In this document: positions 29,738 to 51,590 of the stretch, piece by piece
Position numbering within the stretch: position 1 is the stretch's first letter
Layout of the letters: each line of letters opens with the position of its first letter
Source of the DNA: the human T2T-CHM13v2.0 reference genome, Homo sapiens
Assembly: GCF_009914755.1 (NCBI RefSeq)
Contig: NC_060926.1
Length of the DNA: 64,000 bases
Strand: one strand, 5' to 3'
The notes under the pieces: generated by a model
Database searches by the model: none
Seen by the model: only the letters and a program-made list of their open reading frames with translations
Told to the model about the DNA's origin: nothing
Translations under genes and position numbers: made by a program

Positions 29738-31899
29738 TTGTGCTGCTCCTGCCCGCTCCCACCAGGTCCAGTGGCTTTGGTGTGATACCTCTGCTCTGAC
29801 GATGGGCATGTAATGGGGGCTTCTGATGCCCAGGGAATGTTCTGTGAAACAGTAGACCTTCAAGGCTTTGCTGAATAGGTGTGGGAATTAAGTGACGCTG
29901 AAAGAGGTCCTTCCATGTGGTCTTCTCGGAGCCTTTAATGTGCTTTTCACAGCATTTGAAACTGTATTTGACCCCTTGACTCTTTTTTCCTTTGAAGCAT
30001 GTTTGGGGAATCTGATCTCTCTGGAACAGCTGTAATCTAGCACTGCCTTTACCCAGGGAGGCTGGGTGAATGGTGGGATTCCAGGCAGGTCCTTCTGACC
30101 AGGCTCCAAGGCTTCCTCCCATCATCCTCCCAGGGCCTGGGCTGTGAGTGTGGGGCAGGTGCCCCGTGGCTGCTCTGCTGTGATCTCTGTGCTGTGATCC
30201 AGGGGCTGTAAGTTCTGGGAAGGCCAAACTAGGATCTCTGAACTGTGAGCTCAAGAGGAAGCTGACTGGGGTCAGCCTAGGGAGAACCATAGGCCAGGCT
30301 TGGGGAATGAACAGGCTCACTGGGGACTGAGGGACGCGGCTCCTAACCCAAGTCCTGTCCGTCGGGATGGCCCAGGCAGGTCGAGGGCTGGGGTGGGTCT
30401 CATGGTGGGTGTGTCTTCTGGGAGGGCCACGAGTCTGCAGGGACACAGCTGAGAACAGAAACATTTGATCCCCTGCCTGGGGTCTGGGGTCACCCCGGGG
30501 AGCTCTAGATCGGTGCAGCTCACTGACAGCAGACACTCCGGCTAGCCGCTGCGTGGCAAATGCTCCCACCTCTTGCCCCCGGACTTTTCATCTCTGCCAC
30601 CTCTGCCCACCTTCTCTGGCCTCCCCAGCATCTCTGGCCATGGGGTCCCTGGGAACTTGGGCCCCATGTTTTACTAGTGAGGACAGTCCAGAAAGGCCCC
30701 AGGGGTGGAAGAGGAGGCGCCCACCACCCGACCTGTGTGTGTGGGGTGGTGCTTGTGATTACCGTTGTCCTTGTGGGCAGTGGGACAGGGAAGCTGGGAC
30801 GCAGCCGAGATGCACAGGAAGAGAGCCTGCCTCTGGGACTCCTTAGCCTCGGGTCATGGATGGCAGCCCTGGGCTGGGCACTGAGCCTCCCTCATCTCCT
30901 CTTCTGCCCTAACCCACTTCTAGCTACCCAGGCTGCACCTGCGGCCACGTGGGGAGGAGCTTCTCAAACTGTGTTGGCGACAGTTTCCTGCCACAGCTTC
31001 CTGCCCCAGAGACCAGCTTTGCTACTCTGCACCCATGGTCCTTGGACAAGCCCTCAGTTTTCTGCCTCATCCTGCATCCTCATGCTTTATGGGAGTGGCT
31101 CCATGAGTCTTCAAGGATGGGCTGGCTGGGTTGGAGAAGATGGAGGGGAGAGGGAAGGGTGCACTAGGTGGAGGGTGCTGTGTGGATGAAAGTATGAACA
31201 TCCATTTGAAGGAAGGCAAGTAGCACAGCTCAGCTGGGGCAGAGGGCTGGGGAGATCCAATGCAGTAGCCATTAGGGTCTTGAGCAAGGGAGGCCTTGGG
31301 GAAGAATTGCCAAGGAGCAACTTGCAGACTCTGGGGCTCAGCTCTGTGGAAATAGACTGTGAGGTTCAGCCAGCCACAGGCAGCATGAGCATGCCATCTG
31401 GATCTTAGGTTGGTTGTATTAATGGAAACAGTTGGTGGAGATCAAAGGAGATGATGCCAGCACCAACCGACCTCAGTCGGGCGAGAGATCTGGGCTCTGG
31501 GAGAGGTGGGTGTGGCAGCATGTACAGCTACTGACAGGATGACCCAAGTAAGGGGACGGGGGTGGGGGAAGGAGAGTGAGCAGGATGGTCAGAGGGCAGA
31601 GGCAAGCCAGGGAGTTTGTGAAGGACCAGAGAGGTCTGTGGGGCTCAAGCAGGAGGGAGGAGTCATAGGTGTCGGCCATTCAGGGGGCCCAGGATTGAGG
31701 AGGTCACAGAGTGCTTGTCTGGTGCCTACAGACTGCCAGGGGTGCTATCAGTGCTGGAGAACAGCCTGGGGGGGGGGCGCAGACCAGGTCTGGCTGAGAG
31801 GCTGGGAGTCAAGGACATAGGGACAGGAGTGTAGACAGCCCTTAATCACTTTTCCTATTTTCATTAGCATTTTTAGTGTCCATTGTGTCTGTATCTTCC

Positions 31900-32865
<966 letters not shown>

Positions 32866-33429
32866 GCTTCATGACTTTTTAAAAACACTCTTGTGGAATG
32901 GTGACCTTTTTCTCCAGGTGGAGCCACAAATGCAGTCCCTTATGAATCTCTGGAACACCCACCTGTCTGTAACTGTTGGGACATCCAGGACCCCCCTCAA
33001 GCTTGGCCCTCCCAACCTCACTGTCACAATCAATCGGGTTACAGTGCAGATCCTGGCCCCTCCTCTAGCTACTCTGACCCAGACTTCACCTGATTCCCAT
33101 TCCAGTACCTTCCTTTCAGCTCCAGAGCCCATCTCTGGACACCCAGGGCAGAGGGAGCTTTCACAAAAGCATTCATTTTACCCCTTGGTTGCATTTGCAT
33201 AACTAAGAAGGGCACTCAAAGTCAATTCTCCAATGCAAACTTATGCCTGAGTAGCCTTGCTGGGCCTATGTTAGTAGAGAAACAACTCAGAACCGCTATG
33301 GAGAGGTATTTTTTCCCAACATTCTATGAAAACTTACAAATATGCAGAAAATAGAAAGAATTAACTGTACACCAATAACTCACCTGCTAGATTCTCCAGT
33401 TTATGATTTGCTATAATTGCTTTATCACA

Positions 33430-34980
<1,551 letters not shown>

Positions 34981-35721
34981 TGTCTATCTGGCTGTCTATC
35001 CTTTTATCCATCCCTCTCGCTCTGTTCGTCCATCGGTCAGTGTTATTTTTGGGATGCTCTCAAATTAGATTACAGTCCTCAGTTCCCATCACTCCTAAAC
35101 ATTTCTGCAAGCAGATCGTTACCTAGGGTTCAATATTTTATGTTTCTTTTTTAATTGAGGGAGGGCAAATACAATGGAATGAACACATCTTAAGTGTACA
35201 TTCTCTTAGTTTTCGGAAAATCAGACACTTGCATAACCCAAGCCCTGTGAATATACAGGACGTCACCATCACCCCAGAAAGTTGAGGGCAGGCAATTTTA
35301 AGTTATCTGCCTTACCAGATATCCATCTGTCTAAATAGCCTTAATTCCTCCTCCCCTCAATCACACGTTTTGTTTAATAGCTGTATCAGAGTTCACTTTG
35401 AGATTAAACCCTAATGCATTTAACCAGTCCCCTAGGGATGGATATTCCAATTAGCGTATGCTCTGTAGAAACTTGCCAAGGAAGGCAGAGGGCAGGGCGA
35501 GGGGTGCCTGCTAAGGCCGAGGGGAAAGGGTCAGCGGAAGGGACAAGGGAGGCTGAGGGGTAGGGCCCTTGGGTGAGCAAAGCTGGGTGCGGCCTCAGGG
35601 CCTCTGCGCATGCAGTCCTCTCTGCCTGATGCGCTGTCCCGCGCGCTTTTTGAAAAGTTGGCTCCTCCTCCTTCAGCTCTCCCTTCAAATGCTAGCTCCT
35701 TGGAGAAGGTGACCATCCTAG

Positions 35722-36807
<1,086 letters not shown>

Positions 36808-37307
36808 TGAAAGGAGGCCTCAGAGGCAGGGGCTCCGTGGTGGCGGTCGCCTTCCGCAGGCTGAGCGATGCTATGGTGCTCTACTATGCCAGATGGGAAG
36901 GTAGAGGGACGCACTGGGCCGGGCGAAGGCGAGGCTTGGAATGGGGGCGGGGCTGAGAGGAGGGTGCGCGGGGCTAGGGTGAGCCCTTAGGGTAGGGTGG
37001 CTGTTGGGGAAGATGGGCAGTAGTCGTCCACAGCCTGAGTGACACCACCATGCACAACTACCTGAATTAGGTCTTCAAGCTGGAGATGCGCTTGGGGCCG
37101 CGCTGGAAGGTGGGGGTGGTTCCTCCCTAGCTGGATTGGGGAGGGGACCACGGAGATGGCGCGGAGGTAGTCCTCGAAAACCTGCCTAACACGCGCTAGG
37201 GACGCCTGGGTGGGGTGGGGAGTCCTCTGGGACAGGGCTCCCGGAAGGGGGTTCCTGTGGCGAGCACTTGGCCACACCTACAGACCTCCTCGCCTCTCCT
37301 TTTCTAG

Positions 37308-37496
<189 letters not shown>

Positions 37497-37769
37497 TGAG
37501 GATTGGGGCTCGTTGGCAGGGATCCTGGGGACTGGGGCAGACGTGAGTGTGCAGTTGGGCCGTAAGGGTGTCCCTGTGCTCACATGTGCAAGTGGGTTGT
37601 GTGTTTCTGATGTGCAAAGGGACTTGCACATGGGGAAGTAGAGGTAGTGACTAGGAAAGCCTCCAGACTCGGTCCCTTGGCCTGGCTTGGAATCCCGCTT
37701 CCGCCACCTGCTGGCTGTGGCCCTTGGGCAAGTAGCGGACTGTGGTTGCCTGCCTCAGTTTCCCCTCCT

Positions 37770-38370
37770 TCAATCAACAAATATTTACTGAATACCTACT
37801 GTGTACCAGGCACTGAGCACACGGCAGTGAGCCAAAAAGACACAGTGCCTGTCCTCATGGGGCAGGTAGACAAGAAAAGGAATCAATAAAATAGAGACCC
37901 TGTCAGATGGTGGTAAGCGCCGTGTGTGCAGGTGGGGAGGCGGTTGCAATTTTAGATTAGGTGGTCAGAAGAGGCCTTCCTGAGAAGGTGACTTCTGAGG
38001 AAGGGAAAGAAGCTGAGGAGTGAGCTGTGCAGCTTTCAGGGGGAAGGGTGTTCCTGGAAAATGCAATGGCAAGTGCAAAGATCAGGAGGCAGGAGTCTAT
38101 TTGGCGTGTTCCAGAAACATTGTGGAGGCCATGTGCCTGGAGCTGAGTAAGTGAGGGGGAGAATGGGAGGAGGTGAGGGCAGGGCGGGGACTTTAGCTTT
38201 TCCCCCAAGTGAGGTGGGATCCCCGGGAGAGTGTTGAAGCAGCCCCCTCTAACTGTCCTGTGGTTGACAGCAGTACCTCCCCTCAGGATCCTCTATGAGG
38301 ATTACATGAATTAATACGTGTGAATCGAGAGTATGGTAACTGACATAGGAAAAATGCGGTAAATGTTAGC
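37770..38370. mobile_element. L2 and MIR fragments
   Basis: caacaaatatttactgaatacctactgtgtaccaggcactg (L2); tacctccctcaggat...gaggattacatgaattaat (MIR). Confidence 0.7.
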
Positions 38371-39061
38371 TTTTATATGTGGGTGAACGTGCGTGTCTGA
38401 GCCACAGCTGAGGCCATGTAGCTATTTGTGAGTTTGTTAATGTGAAAAAAATCTCTGAAAATCTCTTTTTAAAACTCTGCTGAGTGTTTGACAGCCCTGC
38501 TGGGGCTGTTGCTCTCTGGTTTGGACACGGGATCTTTTCTGTAACAGATGGTATCCAGGTGCAGCTGAGGTCACTCAGGCCTCAAGACACAGATAAATTG
38601 GTGCTGCCTCTTTCCCATGACCTCAGGAAGCCCAGTGTTTTCCCCCAAGAAATCTGTGGGGACAATTCTTGGGCCTTCCTTCTCGTGAGTGCTTCTTGGC
38701 CTGAGCCCCTGCCCAGCAGATCCCTTGGGTCATCTGCCTCCCCCAGGGCTGTTTCCTCTCCTGAGGTCAACCCACTTGGAGGAAATGACCACATCCCTTG
38801 ATTTTCCTCACCCATGTGAAGTTTCTGTAGATTGCCTGCAGGCCTCTTGCAAGATGCAGCTCCCTCTCCAAGATTCTGTTGTGGGCTGATAAAATAACTC
38901 TTTTCACCCTACCATACAGATTCAGATTTAGGCTGTAAATTGGAGTGGAGTTTCCAAGGCTTCTGAGGGAGCTCTTAGATACATGTTGCACGTAATACTC
39001 AGTTGCCGGCACAACTTCTGAACAGGACAGGGCTGTTTTCTCTAAGAGGAAACCTTTGCAT

Positions 39062-39500
39062 TTGTATCAGTTAGCTTTTGCTACATAACAAGCAGCCCTA
39101 AGATTTATTGGCTCAAAATGACAGTTTATTGCTCTTCATGATTCTGTGAGCTAACTAAGCAGTTCTGGTTTGGGTCATCTAGGCTGGGCCTGAATAGGCT
39201 GGGATGGCCACACTCACATGACTGGCCATTGGCTCAGTGTCACCTGGGTGATGGGGATGAGCTGGCCCAGTGCAGCCATCATCCAGCAAGCTAGCTGAAG
39301 CTTGTTTGTGTGGTGGTGGTGCAGGGTTCCCAAGATCAGTCAGAGAGGACAGGGCAAGTTCAAGCCTTTGTTTGTGTAATGTCACTGATGTCCTAATGGA
39401 CAAAGCAAGTCATACGACCAAAACCAAAGTCACTGTAGGGAAGGGATTCCTTAAGGGAGAGGAATGCAGGGAGCCATTTTTGCAAACGGTTGGTCGTAGG
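39062..39500 (-). mobile_element. Old MaLR LTR (MLT1-type)
   Basis: tgtatcagttagcttttgctacataacaa...ggctcaaaatgacagtttattgctcttcatgattctgtg. Confidence 0.7.
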
Positions 39501-40976
39501 ATTGGATGAAGCAAGTTGTCGTGAAGGTATGGGCATTGTGAACATGGGTGTTGGGGGCTGTCTCTCTTTCCTTTTGGACTGTCAGCCTGAGGGCAGGGCC
39601 TGCCCTGCTGCATCTGGAGGGCTCCATCTTGCAGTACATGGTGATGGCTGGTCCAGGTATTACCCACCTTCCTCCAGATGTTGCATCACCCCACCCCAGG
39701 TGTGACCCTCGCCAAGATGTTAGTAATGTTTGCTCCCACGTTCTCACATGCTCATATCCCCCTCGTCCATTACATGCTACCCCAGGTGCCTGAGAGTCCA
39801 GGGGCTCTCCCCAGGCTGGACACGCGAAGAAGGCTCTAAACCCTTCCTATTGATGTAGCTGATTCTTTCCTTCCGTCTCTGCTTTCTCTTTCATAAAATG
39901 TAAATTCATCTGTCTTCTTTGATTTTATAATCTGAGTTTCTTCTCTGTTTTCCCCCTACATCCCCAATGTAGCTTTTCATCCCCACCATCTCTGCCTCTC
40001 TTCTGTCTCAGTTTTCCTTTCTTCTTCTCTCTTTCCCTCCCCACCCCCATCTCTCTTCCTCATCTTGCACTCACACACACACATACAGGTCATGATTCTG
40101 CCACTCCAATGGCTTAAAAATTTCCCCCAGATTCCCTAAAGCCTCCTGAGAGTGGCAGAGGATTCTAGGGGGTGGGAGAGTGAGAGAAGGGTTGAGCAGG
40201 TGGGATTTGGGCCCCTGTTCCAGCTTGAATGACGACAGCCGCTCAGCTTTGATCTGTTTGCTATCTTAGGCTTCCACACACAATGTTGTGTGGCAGAGGT
40301 TTCACTGCCCAAAGGAAAAGTTCAAACAGTTTTTGTGTAACACAGCAGAGCTCATGACAGGCTTAGAGTCAACCAGTCTGCTGAGATTAGAGGAGTCTCA
40401 GGAGAGCCAGGGCCAACAGCTTTAAGCAGCTGTCTGTGCATTGCATATCAAACTGGCGTGCAGTCTCCCAGGCAAATAGGACAAGCGTTGGCGGTGGGAG
40501 GGTGTGGCTAGGAAGGAGAGATGCCCAGCATCTGGGCACAGCATAGAGCGTGTGGCTGGCAGTGAGGTCCACAGCTGGCACAGTGGTATGAGGACAATGA
40601 CTCATTCTGGGTAAACGTCAAGAGACGAAGCAGCTACAAAGAGCCAGGCTCCTGGAAAATTAGGCAAGGTACGCTTTGGACAGAAACTGTGAGAGCTTCT
40701 TCTTGTGGTTCCTGTAGTCTATAACTGCTTTCTCAGGGCTTGGGGTGTGAGAGAAAGACACGTGCTACTCAGGCCTAGAGTGAAGACCAGGACCACGCCT
40801 ACCATTGATCACAGTTCATGGTTGCCGAAGAACAGATTTAATTGTACCCAGGGCTGTGCACTGCCAATGCTGGCTTGTTTCTGTGTTATTGGCAGCAATT
40901 TTATGGAACCGGCTGATTCGACTTTAAAAGAAACTTGTCCTGGAAAGGGCCTTTAAGAGAGTACATTGTCAAGTGT

Positions 40977-41320
<344 letters not shown>

Positions 41321-42080
41321 TGACTGCTCCTTTCACAATCCCCCAAAGCATATTCACCTCAAAGACTTTGCAGACAGTTATATGAGATCATGGTTGGTCC
41401 TGAACCTCGTCCTTAGAACCCTTTTCAGGTCAAGAAGTTATGATTTAGACCAGTTACCTCATTTTATACATAAGGAAACCGAGGCACAGCGAGGATAAGC
41501 AGTTTATTCAGGGTTTCACAGATAATCTGTGACAGAGCTGGGTGTTAGTCCTAGGTAGCAATTAACTGTAGAGTCAGAAATGCATTTGAATCCTGGCTCC
41601 CCCTCCTATCTCTTACCAACTCTGCAATTTAGGCAAGATACATAATCTTGTGCCTCAGTTTCCTCATCTGCAAAATGGAGATAACAATAGTGCCTACTTT
41701 GTGGGGAGTGCTGTGATTATAGGACAAATATGTGAGGAATTTAGAACCAATATCTTAATAAATAAATTGTAGCCCTTTTGTTTTGTTTTGTTTACAATCG
41801 TGAACCAGAGACAGATGTAGCTCTTATAGGTTCTATGTATTATTTTAAGAGCAGAGATACAAGTTGATTTTTTAGCCTGTACTTCTGGCTTAAGTGCAAG
41901 TTCCAACTGCAAGAACAAAGAACTGCCACTACCTAGCATTTTTTTTTTTTTTTGTAAATCAAGTAGAACTTATGGTACTGAAATATATGTGGTGATAACA
42001 CCAATGTCTTAGCTTTTGTGGTTATTATCTGGGAATTTGCAGCTGCTCTTTATGAACTCACACATCTCTTTCCAAAGAGT

Positions 42081-42900
<820 letters not shown>

Positions 42901-42999
42901 TGGCTGTTTTCCCCCAGTATTCCACATGGAAGTTTAAATAAACAAATAAGGAGGAAATTATTAGTTCTAGAAGAAAGAATGAAAGAGACAGACAGACTT

Positions 43000-43372
<373 letters not shown>

Positions 43373-45069
43373 TCAGGTTGTGACCCTTAGGAGGTGTTTT
43401 CACTTCTCACAGTCCCTGGAGACCATCACCTCCAGGCCAGCCTGCCACCTGCCTCTGACTTCCACAGCTCTGAGACCCCCAGGGCCAATAGCCCTCCCTC
43501 CTCACTGGAAAGCTGCACTTAACAGGAGCTTGTGCCAGTGACTCAAAATAGAAATGTTTTGTGGGAGATGTTGACTGGTGTCACTGCGGGGTTTCACGTG
43601 ACGGCGCTGCATCTGCTGTCCCAGCCTACTGTCTCTGTGGGATGTTTGTTTCCTAATTTGTGGTGGGTTCTCTTCCTTGCCCTTTTGTGTGCCCTCATTG
43701 CCCCCGCCCTGATTTCCCATCTCTCCATGTTATCTCCAGACTGTTGTGGGCTAGCCTGGGAACTGCCCCACCCTTCACTGCACTGTACTTCGGGGAACGT
43801 GCTGTCCAGGAATGGAGAGGATGGTCACAGCTGCACCTCTCTCCCTCACTCAGGGGACATTTCCTAAGGAAGGGCCTTATTGCAAGGTGGGCCCATGGCT
43901 GCCTTGCTCACTGCCATATCCCTGCGCTGAGAACAGTGCCTGGCCTGTCAGTAAAGACTTGTCCAGTGAATGAACATCCACAGGCAGGGCCAGGCCTGGT
44001 CTGAGAATTTGCACCTTGGAGGGTGCAGCTCGCAGGCCATCACAAGGGCTCTTCTGTAGTGCAGTGCAATCCCTGAGATCAGGAGTCGGCTGCTTCCGGC
44101 CTCCACAGCTTCCACGGGGCCAGCTGCCCTCCCTCCTCACTGTAAAGCTACACTTGACCCTGCAATAGAGGCTTGTGCCAGTGACCCCAGACAAAACTGT
44201 TGTGTGGGGGATGCTGACTGGTGTCACTGTGGGGCTTCATGCGAGGGTGCCGGTGTCTGACACTAAGTTGGTCTGTGTTGAGGGGGGATGTGTGTACTCA
44301 GGGCTGGAGCGGATGGGGGGACAGTTTCTTACCCCACAAATGCACCACCTTTGAGGGGCTCAATTCCCATCATAGACATGGAAGATTTATATATTTATAT
44401 TGACAAAATTCCAGCAGAAGGCAATCGAGGGTCTCATTCTAGGAAAGGTCCATCTATTATGGAACTGGTCAGTCTCGTGATGAGAAAGTGACTTGTTTTG
44501 ATTTGCACAGGGGTGCCCTGTAAGCTTGTCATGGAGCTGCGCCTACCTGTGTGGGTCTGTGTGGAAAAGGCTTTCTCTCCCCAGGAGAATGGTGCTAGGT
44601 CTACCTGTTGAAGGCTCTGGGTCTGTTGTAGAAGGCCAAGTGCCCCCCATGGTTGGCTGACTGTATGGCCGAGTGTACCCCCAATGAGTGCCTGTGGATG
44701 ACTATCTCTCTGTGGATGGCAAGTGTCTGGCCGTGGATGGCCAACTGTTCAGCCATGGGGGACCAGGTGTTCCCCAGTGGATGGGTGTCCCCTCCTCCGT
44801 GGCTGGGTGTCCACCGTGGGGGGTCAGGTATTCCCCGTGAATGGCCATCTGTTGGCTCTTGGAGAACAGTGCATTTTCCTGGGAACACAGCCATGGCCCC
44901 TCCACCGCCCTCTGCCACTTGGCCCATCATCAGCAGATCTGGAGGTGATGGGGGCCTGGCCTGGCTTCCCCAGTCCCTGCAGCTTCTCTGCAAGGCTCTG
45001 AGGTGTGGAGCCCATAGGGTGTGTTGCGGGGGAACCGGGGCACAGCAGGAGGCCCCCAGGTGGCTCTAG

Positions 45070-45429
<360 letters not shown>

Positions 45430-45512
45430 TGACGGCAGCAGGCGGGCGGGCGGTGGGCGGGGGCGGCAGGAGACCTGGCCCCCAGCCCTCACTGTCCCTT
45501 CTGCTCCCCCAG

Positions 45513-45559
45513 GGGCTGCTGCTCCCACACTCCCAGCCCACCCATCCACGTTGACTCAT
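45513..45559 (+). CDS. ZAP70: ZAP70 exon 7 (interdomain B)
   Basis: (G)[15 protein letters not shown]; 47 nt; phases consistent with neighbours. Confidence 0.97.
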
Positions 45560-45759
45560 GTGAGTTGGGGGCACCTGGAGTGTGGCCTTGGGGATGGAGC
45601 TGGGGAGTGGCTGTGGGGGAGGCTGGGATGGAGGCTGGGGTGCCTGTGGAGCGGAAGAAGCTCTCTCTCCACTGTCTCTGGGAGTCCTCAGTGGATATAG
45701 GTCTCATGAGAGGGGCTGGACGTCCCCAGCTCAGGCCTTGCTGACCCTGTGGCCTTTAG

Positions 45760-45811
45760 CCTCAGAGACGAATCGACACCCTCAACTCAGATGGATACAC
45801 CCCTGAGCCAG
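45760..45811 (+). CDS. ZAP70: ZAP70 exon 8 (Y292)
   Basis: PQRRIDTLNSDGYTPEP; 52 nt. Confidence 0.97.
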
Positions 45812-46674
45812 GTGAGCGGGCAGAGGTGGGGACGCGGGTTGGGGCTCATGCTGAGCCGAGATCAGGGTCGCTGTCAGGGCTGTGGGGTTTCACGGGGGGC
45901 GCTGTGGGCCGGGCCAGGCTGTGGCAGTTGGCTTGGTTAACACCTGTGCACACATGTGCCCACACCCATCACACCTGCCTGTGCACATGTACGTCCCAGT
46001 GTGTACTGACGTGCAGGGAGCACACTTGGCCTTGCCTGAGGCTCCCCAGACACACGTTTGTTGAGTACCTACTATGTGTCAGTCACGTTCCGAGGTCACT
46101 GTGTGTATGAGCCACCGAACCCTCCTGACATGCCTTATGAAGTGGCTATGGTGATTAACCTCACTTTACAGATGAGAGAGGGAGGGGTCTGTCTATGGGG
46201 ATGTGAGGCAGTGGTAGAGGCGGGATGTGAACCCACGATGGGCCCCAGAGCTCACATTCCTAAAATGGTCTGCTGCGGGTGCTCCTGTTTCTCATGGGTG
46301 GGCCCAGACCTGAACATGTGTATGCACAGAGAAGACACATAGTTACATGTGCACCTAGAGGCTCGCTTTTGGAGGCCTCGTAAATGTGGCTGTGTGCTGC
46401 ATACGCAGACAGGGACGGGCCCGGCCATAGGCGTACACGTACGAATGCACACACATGCACACCCCAGCTGGCACAGTAACGGTGCCACGTGGATACCAAT
46501 GCACACGCCCCTAGAGTCCACCCTCATGTGGCTTCATGGGGCACCCACAGCTGTGGCCAGGAGTGTATGCCAGTGTGTGCGTGTGGATGTGCAGGAACAC
46601 GCATGGGCACCCACCTGCTTGTGCATGCTCCAGGGACGGCACCCTTGTCTGGGGCAGGTGCTTGTGGGGGCTGA

Positions 46675-47082
<408 letters not shown>

Positions 47083-47208
47083 TGAGAGAGCTCGGGACAC
47101 CTGACGGGGGTGGGATGGGGCCTGGGCAGGGGGAGGCTGTGGAGCTGAAGTTCCCAACCCAGGGGAGCTGCAGTGGGGTCCCCGATCCCTGAGTCCACTG
47201 GCCCCTGA

Positions 47209-47673
<465 letters not shown>

Positions 47674-47947
47674 TGAGCACCGGGTGGGCCCGGCCATCGG
47701 GTGGGTGGGGCCGGGGCCCATCCTGGGCATGGTGGACATGCACCCGCGTGCATGCGTGTGTGGGAAGCCGGGGCACTTCCACACCATCGTGGACACACTC
47801 TCAGCCTGCACACCCACACCCATACCCATGCCTGCAAAGCAGAGCTAACCCTCAGTCCACCATTGCACCAGTGCGGTAATAACAGTGTCTACCTCCAGGG
47901 CCTTTGCGAGGATCGAATGAGTCGGCACCTATAAAGGGCACTGCTAG

Positions 47948-48342
<395 letters not shown>

Positions 48343-48629
48343 TTATCTGGAACCTGCCCTTTGTTTACGTGCTGCGTGGTTTTCTATTTTTAATTTTTTT
48401 TTTTTTAAAGAAACAAAAACGAAGATGTGACAGAGATCACTTGTGGCCTGTAAAGGCTAAAATCCTTACTATCCGGCCCTTTACTGAAAAGTTTTGCAGT
48501 TTCATTTGTGGTTCCTCATCCCCAAACTCTTACCCTCACAGACACAAGTTCTGCACTCCCCAAGGCACGTTTTTGCTGATCTGTGCCCTCTGGCTGGTGC
48601 ACACACCTTCCCAGTGTGCCCCTGGCTCC

Positions 48630-49580
48630 CACATTCAGTCATTTGACAGGTGTTTATTGGACAGTTTCTCAGTGACAGGAACTGTTAGTAGCACTTGGGA
48701 TTCATTAGCGAATAAACAAGGCAGAGATCCATGCTCTGTATTCTGGTTGGAGAAGAGAGACAGTAAGTAACAATCCTGATGAAATCTAGAGCATGTGGGA
48801 AGATAGTGTGGTGGGCACAAGCCTGCCGCAGCTCCAGGGGGTTGGGAGTGTTGGGGTGCGAGGTGCAGTGAGCAGGGAGGTTTGAACAAACTGAGGGAGG
48901 CCGCCATGCCCAGACGTGGGGAAGGGCATTCCAGGCAAAGGGCACCGCCTGTGCAGAGGCCCTGAGGTGGTCCCGTGCCTCGTGTGGTGCGGGCAGGGAG
49001 GGGATGAGCAGACCGTGCCAGGCCTTGCGGGCTGCCAGGAGGACTTGGAGTTTTACCCTGAGTTGGGTGGGAGCTAGGGGGTGCTGTGAGCAGAGGAGGG
49101 GGAGGACCTGACTCAGGGGCAGAGAGGACAAGACAGTGGGAGACAGGAGGGAGCGAGGGCCTGGGCGGAGCTGACTATTCCTGCCTGGGGGTCCAGGTGA
49201 GTGATGCTGCGGCTGCTTCCCGGTGGCAGAGGCAGAGATGAGGAGTGCGGTGGATTCTGGAGAGATTCTGACACCAGAACTGCCAGGGTTTGCTGATGGA
49301 TTGGGTGTGAGAGAAAGAGGAGCTGCTGGAGAGGACAGTGGAGGAGCCATATGTGTGTGCACATGGGGATGGGGACAATCAGGCCACATTATCTTTGAGA
49401 TGCCTGTGAGACCTCAGCACGTCGAGGGTGCAGGCATAGGTCTAGACTTGGGAGTCGTAGCGTGTGGGTGATCCCTAAAGCCTTGAGACTGGATGAAGGC
49501 AGGAGTTTTGCCTGTTTTGTTCACTGCTGTGTCCCCAGCCCCACGCCTGGCACACAGCAGGTGCTCAATAAGCGTTTTTG
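48630..49580. mobile_element. L2 fragments
   Basis: cattcagtcatttgacaggtgtttattgg...ggaagggcattccaggcaaagggcacc...cctggcacacagcaggtgctcaataa. Confidence 0.72.
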
Positions 49581-49665
49581 AACACATGGTCACCTGGCTC
49601 ATGCCCAGCTGGGTCAGAGAAGCATGCTTTGCCCCTGGGAACTTGGCTAGTCTTCTCCCAGCTGA

Positions 49666-50324
<659 letters not shown>

Positions 50325-51590
50325 TGAGTGCCAGTGGGGAGGGGACCCGGCTGGGCTGACCCCTGGAAAGTCCTGGTGCCCGATGAGTTGATGTCAATAT
50401 AACTCTACCCAATGTCATCTCACCCAAAGCCCTTCACCCAGTTCATAGCCTTTGCAGCTGCCCCCTACCCCCACACCCAGCTCTCCAACACACCAGGGTT
50501 TGCTGTCCTGCTCCAGTGTGCCACACCCTGCCATCCCACCTGTGGGCCTGTGCCTCAGCATCTAAAACCTCAGCCATCACTCAACACATGGACCCTGCAA
50601 CACGCAAACAGGTCCATACTCTGCTACTCAACCTATGACACTGACACTCAGGGCATGAGATGATTCTCCAGTACCCAACACTCCAGTCCCCACCAGCCAG
50701 CACACAGCACCCAACTACCAGACAGGTGAGCACTGAGGTACCAAATACTCATCTATTCCAGCCCCCACCTCTGCCTGGTTGAAGCCCAACCTTCAGACAT
50801 CTCAACTCCTAACACCATCAGTATCCCAACTTCCCATCAGACAACAGGCAACACACCCCCAGACAAGCGGACGCCCTAGACTGCCCATGCAATGTGTGGA
50901 CACTGTAACGCATGACCCCCCACCGGCCAGCACTTAGCATGCTGACACCCCAACACCCAAGCAGCCCAACAGATAGACACCCTCTCTGGCTGGCCCACCC
51001 TCCTGCGACATGTGTTAATTCCACCTCCATCAGGAAACACCCAGGGCACCACACCCCAGTACCCAAAGAGGCTAGCACCTAGCACCCCAACACAGTCCAT
51101 GGATACCCCATGCACAGTACCGTTAATACTGCCGCTCCCCGCTGGCCAGACCCACTGCCATGCTCCAGGCTTCTGCTGATCACCAGCCTTGCACTCCCTC
51201 TCATCTAAGCCCCAGCACACTGATACCCTGGCCCCAGGTGCATGCACAGAGCATCAGCTTTCTATATCCCAGGTCCCCGTGGTCAATAGTTGCCACTCTG
51301 ACACCAAGTCCACTCAGTCCCCTGAGTCCTCACTGGTCAACGCTCGGTAGAGGGGTCATCCCAGCACCCTGTGTGTGGGCAGCTCTGCCTCCTTAGGCTG
51401 TGTGGCATTGCCCAACGCTCTCACACCCCAGAGTCCTCTCCACCACCCAATGTCCCGCCACCCCAACAGCCCTGCTGACTTTCTGAGCCCCAAAAGTCTA
51501 CCTCAGCCAAGCACAGTGCATGCCCACCCACTGGTGAAGCTGGGTCCTGGGGGCGTGGTCAGCAGCCTGGATGTACCCCACGCCCCACAG

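Noticed and set aside
29541-30569. 342-aa minus-strand ORF
   Set aside because: Non-ATG start, GC-rich sequence, partly generated by the stop-free minisatellite; no recognisable domain.
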